Origin: Methanotrichaceae archaeon
Lineage (GTDB): Archaea > Halobacteriota > Methanosarcinia > Methanotrichales > Methanotrichaceae
Direction: 5' to 3'
DNA length: 64,000 nucleotides
Assembly: GCA_963748825.1 (NCBI GenBank)
Contig: CAVVKN010000007.1
Span: 9,488 to 73,487 of the forward strand
This document shows, in pieces, positions 1 through 8,735 of the stretch; the first letter of the stretch is position 1; each line of letters opens with the position of its first letter. Made by a program: the position numbers and the translations under genes. The notes under the pieces are model-generated. The model ran no database searches. It was not told the DNA's origin and worked only from the letters and a program-made list of their open reading frames with translations.

Positions 1-1
1 G

Positions 2-100
2 GAAGTGCCCAAAGGACTCTTGCGCAAAATAATCAGAGAAGATTTGGAGATGAGTCAGGAGGATTTTTTAGAGCTGTATTCAAACTTCAAGGGAAAATAA
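2..100 (+). CDS. 3' end of a HicA-family toxin (partial, runs off the left edge)
   Basis: Hand translation from position 2 gives EVPKGLLRKIIREDLEMSQEDFLELYSNFKGK*, matching the HicA C-terminal pattern (E.pkG.L..Ii....ls.eeFl.L); not in the ORF track. Confidence 0.65.
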   Translation, partial: EVPKGLLRKIIREDLEMSQEDFLELYSNFKGK

Positions 101-257
101 GACATTAGATTGGATCTTACACATATTTCCGGCGCTCGCAGGCCCCCCGAGCGGCCACGCGCCCGCCTGCCCGCGCGCGGGAAGCCCTGTGCTGGCGTTC
201 CTGGCCAGCAGAAGATGTTGCCTAACTTATTGTCCACCCGGAGGGGTTCATTCCGTT

Positions 258-977
258 TCAGCTCTCCTCGTAAATCGGCTTTTCCGGCACCAGATAGATC
301 GTCCAGAAGACCAGTATGGTAACGATTGCTTTAACGATGATGTTGGTCCAGATCATCTGCTGCAAGCCTTCCGCACCCACAACCCCGGCAAAAGCGATGA
401 TGGGAAAGATCAGGCTATCCACGGGAATGGAGACGGAATTGGAAGCAAACACCCGCGTCCATTGCGGCCATTTTTCCCTGCCGCCACGAGTCCAGAGTTG
501 ATAGACTTTCGTGTCAATCAGCTCTGCAATGAGCGCCGTCAGGATGGATGCCAATACAATCCTCATCTGCAGGGAAAAAAGAAATTCCCAGGCAATCTGC
601 CCTCCGCTATTCGCCCAATCGGTCTGCGCCGGCAGCAGGACAACCAGCTGAAAATAAAGAGCCGCGAGCAGGTTGACGGCTGCCGACAGCCAGATAGTGG
701 TGACTGCCGCCTTCTGGCCGAGCTGCTTGTGGATCAGGTCGCGCCAGGTGAAGGTTAAAGAGTAAATGAAGCCGGCGTCCATGACCAGGCCGCCGAAGTA
801 GGTGACCTTGGTGGCGGCAATGTTGCCTGCCAGGGCGAAGAAGAGGTAAAGACCGGAGAGAATTATGGTGGCCTGAGTCCGATCAATCCCTAATTTGCCG
901 CCCTTAATCCGGTTCTCATCCGCTCTCTTCGTCCTCTGGCCCTCACATTCGCCCTGGCCCTCTGCCTTTATCTGCAT
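258..977 (-). CDS. yhhQ: Queuosine-precursor transporter (YhhQ/COG1738, VUT family)
   Basis: Multi-TM protein with GNIAATK, FTWRDLIHKQLG, RIVLASILTALIAELIDTKVY and SNSVSIPVDSLIF motifs; starts 1 nt after the tgt stop. Confidence 0.85.
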   Translation of the reverse strand: MQIKAEGQGECEGQRTKRADENRIKGGKLGIDRTQATIILSGLYLFFALAGNIAATKVTYFGGLVMDAGFIYSLTFTWRDLIHKQLGQKAAVTTIWLSAAVNLLAALYFQLVVLLPAQTDWANSGGQIAWEFLFSLQMRIVLASILTALIAELIDTKVYQLWTRGGREKWPQWTRVFASNSVSIPVDSLIFPIIAFAGVVGAEGLQQMIWTNIIVKAIVTILVFWTIYLVPEKPIYEES

Positions 978-978
978 T

Positions 979-2343
979 CTAAATCTTTCTCAGCCATTTT
1001 TCTTTCAGTTCCGCAAATGTACCTGTTCGTATGCTTTCCCTGACCTCTTCCATGAAGCGGAGCATGAAATGGAGATTATGAAGCGTTGCCAGCCGGAAAT
1101 AGGACAGCTCCCTGGAGACATAAAGATGGCGAAGGTATGCTCGCGTGTAGGTGCGGCAGGTCGAGCAGGAGCAGTTGGGATCAACGGGCTGCTCGTCCTC
1201 TTTGAATTTAGCTGTTTTGATATTTATGTGGAACTTGTTCTCTTGCGATCCGCCTGCCTGAGGCGAGAGCAAGAGGCTTCCCCGGCGAGCGATTCTGGTG
1301 GGCGAGACGCAGTCGAAGGTATCGATTCCTCGCGCCACGCATTCAAATATGTCGTCGATCTCGCCTATGCCTAAGAGATGGCGCGGCCGGTCGTCATCCA
1401 GTCGGGGAATGGTCCAGTCCAGGACCTGATGCATATCCTGCTTACTGTTTCCCAGCGAGCCCCCAATGGCGATGCCGTCAAAAGGCTGGGCTGAGATGGC
1501 CTCTGTGCTTTCCCGCCTCAAGTCATCAAACCATCCCCCCTGAATTATGCCATAGAGAGCTTGATTCTTATCGTGGTATCGAATAGACTCTTCCGCCCAA
1601 TCATGGGTCCTTAGCATGGCTTTTCTGGTGTAATCGTAATCTGAGAGGGGTGAAGTGCATTCGTCAAATGCCATGATGATATCCGTTCCAAGATTGGACT
1701 GAATCTTCATCGACTTTTCCGCATTCAAAAAATGCCAGGCTCCGTCGGCAAGGGACTTGAAGGAGATGCCCTCATCAGTAATCCGAGTCAAATTCTCCTT
1801 CTTCACCGCCTTCTGCCTTTCTTTTTCATTTACCCTGTATCCTATGCCACTCGAACTCCCATTCTCCCCTTCCGCGCAATTATCATCATATTTTTTCCTG
1901 TAATCTTTAAAAATCTCCGCTTGATCGCAATCGTTGTGAAGACATTCTTCAGGCTCAGGGCATTTGCCACCTGATCCCAGCTCTTGCGGGAAGATGTTGC
2001 CGATCTTGCTGATGTTATGCTCTCTGGCAAAGCCTAACGAGAAGGCCTGAAAGCCACCGGAATCGGAGAACAGGGGCCGTTCAAATCCCATGAACCGGTG
2101 CAGCCCACCCAGTCGCTTTATCAGCTCATCGCCCGGCTTCAAGTGAAGATGGTAGGTATTGGCAAGGGTGCACTGCACGCCTAAACTGAGCAGGTCGTCG
2201 GAGCCCAGAGCTCTCACGCTGCCCATTGTTGCCACCGGAACCAGGTAGGGCGTCTGTATATCTCCCCGCCTGGTTTTTATCAGCCCCAGCCTGGCTTTCG
2301 TTTCTTTATCCTGCTTTAAGATCTCAAAAGATAGTGCGCTCAT
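979..2343 (-). CDS. tgt: Bacterial-type tRNA-guanine transglycosylase (queuine tRNA-ribosyltransferase) with a large insertion
   Basis: Motifs NTYHL, DSGGFQ, MAFDEC, GIIQGG, AIGG, HLLGIG, FDCVSPTR and the Zn site CSCSTC...H; no C-terminal PUA extension of archaeosine TGT. Confidence 0.93.
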   Translation of the reverse strand: MSALSFEILKQDKETKARLGLIKTRRGDIQTPYLVPVATMGSVRALGSDDLLSLGVQCTLANTYHLHLKPGDELIKRLGGLHRFMGFERPLFSDSGGFQAFSLGFAREHNISKIGNIFPQELGSGGKCPEPEECLHNDCDQAEIFKDYRKKYDDNCAEGENGSSSGIGYRVNEKERQKAVKKENLTRITDEGISFKSLADGAWHFLNAEKSMKIQSNLGTDIIMAFDECTSPLSDYDYTRKAMLRTHDWAEESIRYHDKNQALYGIIQGGWFDDLRRESTEAISAQPFDGIAIGGSLGNSKQDMHQVLDWTIPRLDDDRPRHLLGIGEIDDIFECVARGIDTFDCVSPTRIARRGSLLLSPQAGGSQENKFHINIKTAKFKEDEQPVDPNCSCSTCRTYTRAYLRHLYVSRELSYFRLATLHNLHFMLRFMEEVRESIRTGTFAELKEKWLRKI

Positions 2344-2496
2344 TTCCTATTACCTGAATGCAATCATTACTGCTATCGTGCCCAGGCCTCCTGCGGTTAG
2401 CAGGCGGAAAAAGCTTTTGCATGACTTGCGCATAACAAGGCATCAGAAAAAACATTGATATACTCCTCAAGGATGTAATAAGGTCGAGGTTTATCG

Positions 2497-2991
2497 ATGA
2501 GCGTGCACAGCGGCGGAATTCTCTTATTCAGGTTTAAAGACAGCAAAATGGAAGTGCTGCTTGTCCATCCTGGTGGCCCTTTCTGGTTTGGGAAGGATGT
2601 TGGTGCCTGGTCGATACCCAAAGGGGTGTTTGAAGAGCAGGAGAGCCCGCTAGAGGCCGCAAAAAGGGAATTCAAAGAGGAAACCGGCTCTGAGGTTACA
2701 GGGCGGTTCACAAACCTTGGCACGATAAGGCAGCCCAGCAAAAAGATTGTGCACGTGTGGGCACTTCAATCGGATTTAGATGCAACTTTAGCCACGAGCA
2801 ATAAATTCACCATGGAATGGCCGAAAAAATCAGGAATCATGAGAGAATTTCCAGAGGCCGATAAAGCCGAATGGTTTGATATTGAGAAAGCCAGGAAAAA
2901 GATCCTGAAAGGGCAAGCCGGTTTTATTGATAGACTCCTGGAAGCTGTCAATCATGAGCCAAAAAAAGAAGCTATTGCAGAGCTTTCTTAA
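2497..2991 (+). CDS. NUDIX hydrolase
   Basis: Nudix box GVFEEQESPLEAAKREFKEETG preceded by WSIPKG. Confidence 0.85.
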   Translation: MSVHSGGILLFRFKDSKMEVLLVHPGGPFWFGKDVGAWSIPKGVFEEQESPLEAAKREFKEETGSEVTGRFTNLGTIRQPSKKIVHVWALQSDLDATLATSNKFTMEWPKKSGIMREFPEADKAEWFDIEKARKKILKGQAGFIDRLLEAVNHEPKKEAIAELS

Positions 2992-3673
2992 CCTTTTCCA
3001 CCAGCTCCGCCTGGATGGCGCTCCTGCGATCTCCACCGCAAACGATGCCCCTTACGCCGATGATGTCCGGCTGCAACCGTCTGAGAAGCTCCAGGTGGGC
3101 GAAACTGATGCTTCCGGCAATTGCCACCTCCAGACCGACGGCATGACCCAGAGCAATGAAATCCAGCAGATCCTGCTCGCTCATGAAATCAAAGGTCGAC
3201 TTTCCGTCTTTGACGGCCGTGTCCACCATGACCAGGTCTGCGCCGGCTTTGGCGGCAGCTGCGGGCAGGAGCCGGGGCGAGATGGATCCGACTCGGGCGT
3301 AGTCGGAGTAGCCTGATGCAACTACCTTCTTCCCGGCATCGAAGTCCTTGACCGCTCGCACAATGCCCACCAGCATCTCTTCCGCCTGGGAAGGAGTTTT
3401 CACTCCCAAAAGGCCCGCCTTTACGTACTCGGCGCCGGAGACAGCTGCGCCTAAAGCCGCCAGGCTCGCTGTGCCCGGTTTGAATTCCAGGTCGCCGATG
3501 GTGGCGGAAACCGGCACCTTGCCTCTGGCCAGGTCTGCCACGGCCCGGATGGCCCAGGGAAAGTTCGCGCCAAGTGACCCCTCTTTGGGGTTCTTCACGT
3601 CTAAAATGTCTGCACCGCCGGCCAGGGCCGCTTGTGCTTCAACAATATTCATAGGGCTAACCAACAATCTCAT
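2972..3673 (-). CDS. mfnB: (5-formylfuran-3-yl)methyl phosphate synthase MfnB (methanofuran biosynthesis)
   Basis: MRLLVSPMNIVEA...GGADILDVKNPKEGSLGANFPW...SATIGD...MVDTAVKDG. Start moved to ATG 3673 (or 3679); the ORF-track extension to 3835 overlaps the divergent gene. Confidence 0.9.
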   Translation of the reverse strand: MRLLVSPMNIVEAQAALAGGADILDVKNPKEGSLGANFPWAIRAVADLARGKVPVSATIGDLEFKPGTASLAALGAAVSGAEYVKAGLLGVKTPSQAEEMLVGIVRAVKDFDAGKKVVASGYSDYARVGSISPRLLPAAAAKAGADLVMVDTAVKDGKSTFDFMSEQDLLDFIALGHAVGLEVAIAGSISFAHLELLRRLQPDIIGVRGIVCGGDRRSAIQAELVEKVKKALQ

Positions 3674-3700
3674 ATTCATCCAATCCCGAAAGGAGCAGTC

Positions 3701-4390
3701 GTGCGATGCATCTTCGTCCTCGATATACTTAATGGTGCTGTTGTCCATGCCGTGCGAGGAGAGAGAAGCCGTTATGAGCCTGTAACTGGCTTTTCCCATA
3801 TCGTGTCCACATCGGAGCCGCTGGGCATTCTGCAAGAGCTTCGCCCCAGGGAGGTTTACATCGCCGACCTTAACCTGCTGACAGGCCGGGGCGATAATCT
3901 GGCGGTCATAGAAAAGATATCAACCGTGGCCAGGACCATGGCCGATACGGGGATTTCGAAGGCTGGCGATCTGGATCGTCTGCCTGCATCAATCTCACCG
4001 GTACTGGGCACGGAGACGGCCTCGCTTCAGCTCATCGAAGAGGCGGCAAGAGAATGCAAGATAGTAGTAAGCGTCGATATGATGAAAAGGAAGGTGCTGG
4101 CCCGCGATCCCGAACTGGCCGGGCAGACGCCTTTGCAGCTCTTGCAGATGTTAAATGGCCTGAAGCTGGAGGGCGTTATCCTTCTGGAGCTGGATAGAGT
4201 GGGCACATCTGTTGGACTAGATGAACAGTTTTTGGTGGAGGCAGCAGCAGCCACTAAGCATCCCCTCATACTGGGAGGCGGCGTGAAGGGGGAAGAAGAC
4301 CTGATGGCTTTGGAAGAGATGGGCTTTTCGGGAGCACTGCTGGCCACAGCACTGCACAATGGCAGAATACCTGTAGCGCGAGTGCAGTGA
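3701..4390 (+). CDS. HisA/HisF-related TIM-barrel protein of methanogens
   Basis: GTG at 3701 after AGGAG; CIFVLDILNGAVVHAVRGERSRYEP, YIADLN, LELDRVGT, LILGGGV and ALLATALHNG motifs. Confidence 0.8.
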   Translation: MRCIFVLDILNGAVVHAVRGERSRYEPVTGFSHIVSTSEPLGILQELRPREVYIADLNLLTGRGDNLAVIEKISTVARTMADTGISKAGDLDRLPASISPVLGTETASLQLIEEAARECKIVVSVDMMKRKVLARDPELAGQTPLQLLQMLNGLKLEGVILLELDRVGTSVGLDEQFLVEAAAATKHPLILGGGVKGEEDLMALEEMGFSGALLATALHNGRIPVARVQ

Positions 4391-4708
4391 TCTGGCAATC
4401 CCTATTCTTGCAAGAAAACACGATTAATTTTACAAAAGAACTGGTTTATTGCATCATCCAGGCAGGGCAAGGTTCATCGCATGTTTCAACAGAAATGCAC
4501 GGTAGCCCACGTAGTGCACTTTTGAGCCTGAGATGGTAATCTGAGCTTCATTAATGGTGACATGTACTCTCTGGCTAGAAAAGGATTTAGGTCTGGGGAT
4601 AGTTGCCCGGATGATTGGAAGGAAAAAGAGATGACTCTATCCATCTTATCCAGGCGTGGCATGGTTGGATAGATAAGTACATAAAAATATATAAAATTAT
4701 TGGTTATT

Positions 4709-5446
4709 TTACAGCTTGCGATGGCAGAACCACCAGTCTTCGCAGACCATATCTCCACTCGTCTTCCTGGTAGCCGCGGTCTTTTCATCGCCGGGAGGCG
4801 GAATGATCACCTGATCGCCTATCAGCTCGTTGTTAGGCCAGTTAGCGGGAGCTGCTACCTTGTTCTTGTCCACAACCTGCAAAGCCTTTACTGCCCTCAC
4901 GATCTCATCCATATTTCTGCCCACTTCCTGGGGATAGAAGAGGATCAGCCGGACGGTTGCCTCCGGGTCAATGACGAACACCGCCCGAACGGTATTGCTG
5001 GCTTTTCCAGGATGGATCATGCCCATTCTCTGTGCAATCTTTCCCTGATCGTCGGCAATGATGGGGAACTTGATCTCTACATTCAGATTTTCCTTGATCC
5101 ACTGTGTCCACTTCATGTGGGAGAAGACCTGATCAATGGAAAGGCCGATGAGCTCGCAATTGAGCTTCTCAAACTCCCCTCGCCTCTTTTCAAAGGCCAC
5201 AAATTCCGTTGTGCAGACAGGCGTAAAGTCTGCAGGATGGCTGAAGAACACAAACCATTTTCCTGCGAAGGCATCGGGCAATGTCATCATGCCATGAGTG
5301 GTCTTCACCTCCATCCTGGGCATCTTGTCCCCAATAAGCGGAAAGCCACCCTCGCATCCACACATATTATGCATCATTCCCATATGCTTCATTCCCATTC
5401 CGCCCATTTCCATATGTTTTCCCATCGGCATTTCCATCTGACACAT
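4709..5446 (-). CDS. Peroxiredoxin (archaeal Prx6 type) with a Met/His-rich N-terminal extension
   Basis: [13 protein letters not shown] peroxidatic motif, GRNMDEI, C-terminal CEDWWFC; GAGGT RBS upstream of ATG 5446. Confidence 0.95.
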   Translation of the reverse strand: MCQMEMPMGKHMEMGGMGMKHMGMMHNMCGCEGGFPLIGDKMPRMEVKTTHGMMTLPDAFAGKWFVFFSHPADFTPVCTTEFVAFEKRRGEFEKLNCELIGLSIDQVFSHMKWTQWIKENLNVEIKFPIIADDQGKIAQRMGMIHPGKASNTVRAVFVIDPEATVRLILFYPQEVGRNMDEIVRAVKALQVVDKNKVAAPANWPNNELIGDQVIIPPPGDEKTAATRKTSGDMVCEDWWFCHRKL

Positions 5447-5711
5447 GTATTTTACCTCATTTCTGATTAGATTATGATGTTATTACAACTATGATATTTA
5501 CGGTCAACCCACTAATTAAGGGTTACTATCATCAGGTGAGCAAAAATGATCCTATACAGACTTTAGGGTCGGTTTTCATGCAGCACCAGAGGAGAAATAT
5601 GAAAAATGCGCGAAAAAATTGACGGTCCTTTGATTCTATTCATGAATACGGCTTGAGCCAATTTTATTTGCCGCAATTCATCGAGATTAAGATAAGATGC
5701 AAGCGTAGGGC

Positions 5712-6026
5712 TCACGCTTTTACAGGAATCGTCCCCTTTCCCGGCTCATAACCTCTAGAGTTTGCCGAAAATCTATCCGGAGCCATGGACCCAGGATAAA
5801 CGACAGCTCTTTTAGCCAGAGCATTCCAGCATCCTCGGCAGTCTAGCTTTTTCTCCAGTTCTTCAGCTACCCAGGCGGGTGCATTAGACTGCCTTATCTC
5901 GGCTAGGATTAAATGCTTCATGATACTGCAATCTCGTTCATCCTCTGCATCACAGGTGTGTTCAAAAAAAATGCCCATTAGATCGATGCTCGGCTTTTTG
6001 GATCCTTCCTCAGCGGATTTGCCCAT
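5712..6026 (-). CDS. Hypothetical protein (104 aa, four Cys including CRGC)
   Basis: Only long ORF in this intergenic space, divergent from the permeases; no recognised family. Confidence 0.55.
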   Translation of the reverse strand: MGKSAEEGSKKPSIDLMGIFFEHTCDAEDERDCSIMKHLILAEIRQSNAPAWVAEELEKKLDCRGCWNALAKRAVVYPGSMAPDRFSANSRGYEPGKGTIPVKA

Positions 6027-6150
6027 ATCTTTTAACCCCAGCAGTTTTCACTTGGCCTGTGTGTAACTATTAAGCGTTATAAAACTATATAATCCTTGCC
6101 ACCAATCCACTAACTTGATAACCCATAAAGCGGCATAAAGGCTCGCAAAG

Positions 6151-7332
6151 GTGCCGGCCCTGTCCAACATCATTCCCAACTTTGAGCTCTCTGTGGTCAT
6201 GAGGCATATCGCCTACCGAAAGAGAGGCACTTTCCTCTCAGTGGCTGCTATTGCTTTAGCTGTCGCCATATCTCTGATATCCGTCTCCATGCAGGATGGA
6301 TTTCAGGGTATGCTTTTTGACATAATCGTCGAGGATCTTCCTCACGTCACAGTCACACCCAGGGAAGGGGATGACTACATCTACCTTTACAAGAGCCTCA
6401 TGGACAGGATATGGTCCATTCCAGGTGTGATTGCCGTCTCGCCCAGCCTCGGCAGTGAGGTGACATTCACCTACAAGGATAACGTGGAAAGCGTTGCCCT
6501 TTCGGGCGTAAATCCGGCTGATGTAGACAAAATATACCACATAGGAAAGTATGTCTTCAAGGGAGACCTCTCTTCCATCCAGAATGGCAAGAAGGTGGTC
6601 CTGGGGGAAAAACTGGCAGATAGGCTGAAGGTCAAATTGGGACAGACGATCTTTGCCGGCATTCCCGATGAAGGAGGCAGCAGCCTTGTGGTCTCCGGGA
6701 TCTTCAGACTGCCCACGGGATGGCCCGAGAATATCGCCTTCGTATCCCTTTCCACAGCCAGAGACTTCTCCGACAAAGGAGATGTGGTCTCATCCGTAGA
6801 CATAAAGCTGGAGGATGTCTATTTGGCGGATGGCGTTGCCGCAAATCTGCAGGGGTACGGATACAAGGCAGAGAGTTGGCAGACGCTTTACCCTGAGATC
6901 TTGAAGACACTGGCCATAGAACAGTTTCAGAACCGGTTGATTATGCTATTGATAATGATAATAGCCGCCTTTGGAATTGGCAGCGTAATGTACATGCTGG
7001 TCAACGAGAAGACCAGCGAGATTGGCATGTTCATGGCCATGGGGGCAAGCGGCAAAAACATCAGAAATATATTCCTGATGGAGAGCGGAATCTTGGGCTT
7101 GATGGGCGGAGTGCTGGGAGGCATCTTAGGCCTTCTCGTCGCCCTTTATCTGAAGAGCCTGGAGATCAAAATGGAAGCACCCGGTGGACAGGAGATTACT
7201 CTTCCCGTGGTGATCAATGCAGGCAGCTTTCTGGCTATAGTGCTGGTGGCGGCAGCGCTCAGTGTGATTGCGGGTTTGTATCCAGCCTGGAAGGCATCCC
7301 GGCTTGATCCTGCTCTGGCTATTAACGGATGA
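6151..7332 (+). CDS. ABC transporter permease, MacB/LolE (FtsX-like) family
   Basis: N-terminal TM, large extracellular domain, EKTSEIGMFMAMGA motif, C-terminal YPAWKASRLDP. Confidence 0.9.
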   Translation: MPALSNIIPNFELSVVMRHIAYRKRGTFLSVAAIALAVAISLISVSMQDGFQGMLFDIIVEDLPHVTVTPREGDDYIYLYKSLMDRIWSIPGVIAVSPSLGSEVTFTYKDNVESVALSGVNPADVDKIYHIGKYVFKGDLSSIQNGKKVVLGEKLADRLKVKLGQTIFAGIPDEGGSSLVVSGIFRLPTGWPENIAFVSLSTARDFSDKGDVVSSVDIKLEDVYLADGVAANLQGYGYKAESWQTLYPEILKTLAIEQFQNRLIMLLIMIIAAFGIGSVMYMLVNEKTSEIGMFMAMGASGKNIRNIFLMESGILGLMGGVLGGILGLLVALYLKSLEIKMEAPGGQEITLPVVINAGSFLAIVLVAAALSVIAGLYPAWKASRLDPALAING

Positions 7333-7346
7333 GTGAAGAGGATTAA

Positions 7347-8507
7347 ATGTATGAGTTTACAGTAGCCAGGAGTCATATCCTCAGAAATCCCAAGCTGGCA
7401 TTCTTCACAATAGCCGCAGTGACGCTGGCCGTGGCAGTAATCGTTGTCTTCATGGGCCTTTTGGGCGGTTTTGAGGAGGAGATCATCACCACAACTGTAG
7501 AGAACAATCCTCACATTTATGTCCAGCCCAAGTCAGACGAGAAGTACATCTACCTTTACAAGACAGTCTCCGCCCGTTTGTGGGATTATCCGGGAGTGGA
7601 AGCGGTCTCGGCAAGGCTGATTGGAAAAGCTGCAGCCAAGTACAAGGATAAAGTGAGAGGAGTCGAATTCCTGGGCGTCAATCCGGCTGATGAAGACCGG
7701 CTGATGAAGGTTCAGAAGGATATTGTCATCGGCAACTTTCAGGATCTGCAGAGCAGAAAGCTTTCCGCTTTTATGGGGACCAAGCTGGCCGAAGAGCTGA
7801 AGCTGCAGCCTGAAGATGATTTTATCCTCGCCAGAGGAAACATGTCCATGCGGCTGAGAGTTGCCGGCCTCTTTGAGACAGGCTCAGCTAAAGACAAGTC
7901 TCTGGTCTACATCCCTCTAGCGACTGCCCAGGATCTGGTGGGAAAAGGAGATGTGGTCTCCGAGGTTGACGTTCGGATAAAAGACATCTACCAGGCGCCT
8001 TACATCGTCTCCGATCTCAACTCTAGATTTCGCTACCAATCCAAATCCTGGCAGGATATGAATGCCGACATCCTCAAACTGATCCAGACCCAGTCTTTTT
8101 TCTCCTGGATATTTTACCTACTGATTTTCATCATAGCTGGCTTTGGCATAGCCAACACCATGATAATGATAATAAGCAGGAGGACAAAGGAGATAGGCAT
8201 TCTCATGGCTATGGGAGCCACTCGCTGGTCAATTCTCAAGATATTCATGCTGGAGAGCCTGATCCTGGCCCCGCCCGCTGCACTGCTGGGCAGCATCCTG
8301 GCCTTTTTGGCTGCCCGGCTCATCATGTCCTACGACATTCAGCTTCCCTCTGAGATCTACATGGTATCAAGGATGAACATAACCATGAAGCCGGAGTTCT
8401 TCATTTATGCCATTGTCTTCGCCCTGACTGTGAACTTCGTGGCCGGGCTGTATCCTGCCTGGAAGGCCTCCCGCATGGACCCTGTGGAGGCGATTGGAAG
8501 CATATGA
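7347..8507 (+). CDS. Second MacB/LolE-family ABC permease (paralogue of the upstream gene)
   Basis: RRTKEIGILMAMGA and YPAWKASRMDP motifs; shares DNA stretches such as tacatctacctttacaag with 6151..7332. Confidence 0.9.
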   Translation: MYEFTVARSHILRNPKLAFFTIAAVTLAVAVIVVFMGLLGGFEEEIITTTVENNPHIYVQPKSDEKYIYLYKTVSARLWDYPGVEAVSARLIGKAAAKYKDKVRGVEFLGVNPADEDRLMKVQKDIVIGNFQDLQSRKLSAFMGTKLAEELKLQPEDDFILARGNMSMRLRVAGLFETGSAKDKSLVYIPLATAQDLVGKGDVVSEVDVRIKDIYQAPYIVSDLNSRFRYQSKSWQDMNADILKLIQTQSFFSWIFYLLIFIIAGFGIANTMIMIISRRTKEIGILMAMGATRWSILKIFMLESLILAPPAALLGSILAFLAARLIMSYDIQLPSEIYMVSRMNITMKPEFFIYAIVFALTVNFVAGLYPAWKASRMDPVEAIGSI

Positions 8508-8735
8508 GATATAAGATACTATTAGGATTATACACTAAAATTGATAATTCAAGTGAGGACATAGGTAAAATACTTAAATGATAACTGGGTTTTATGATTA
8601 TTAGTGATATTTGGCCCTTTGGCTGCAAAGGGAGTGGACTATTGCCGTGTTCTAAGAAGGCAGACCTTATCTTGATGGGATCGAGGCGGAGAAGCGCAAG
8701 TCCGCTGGTTAGCTCTATTTACGCTAATTGAGGAG

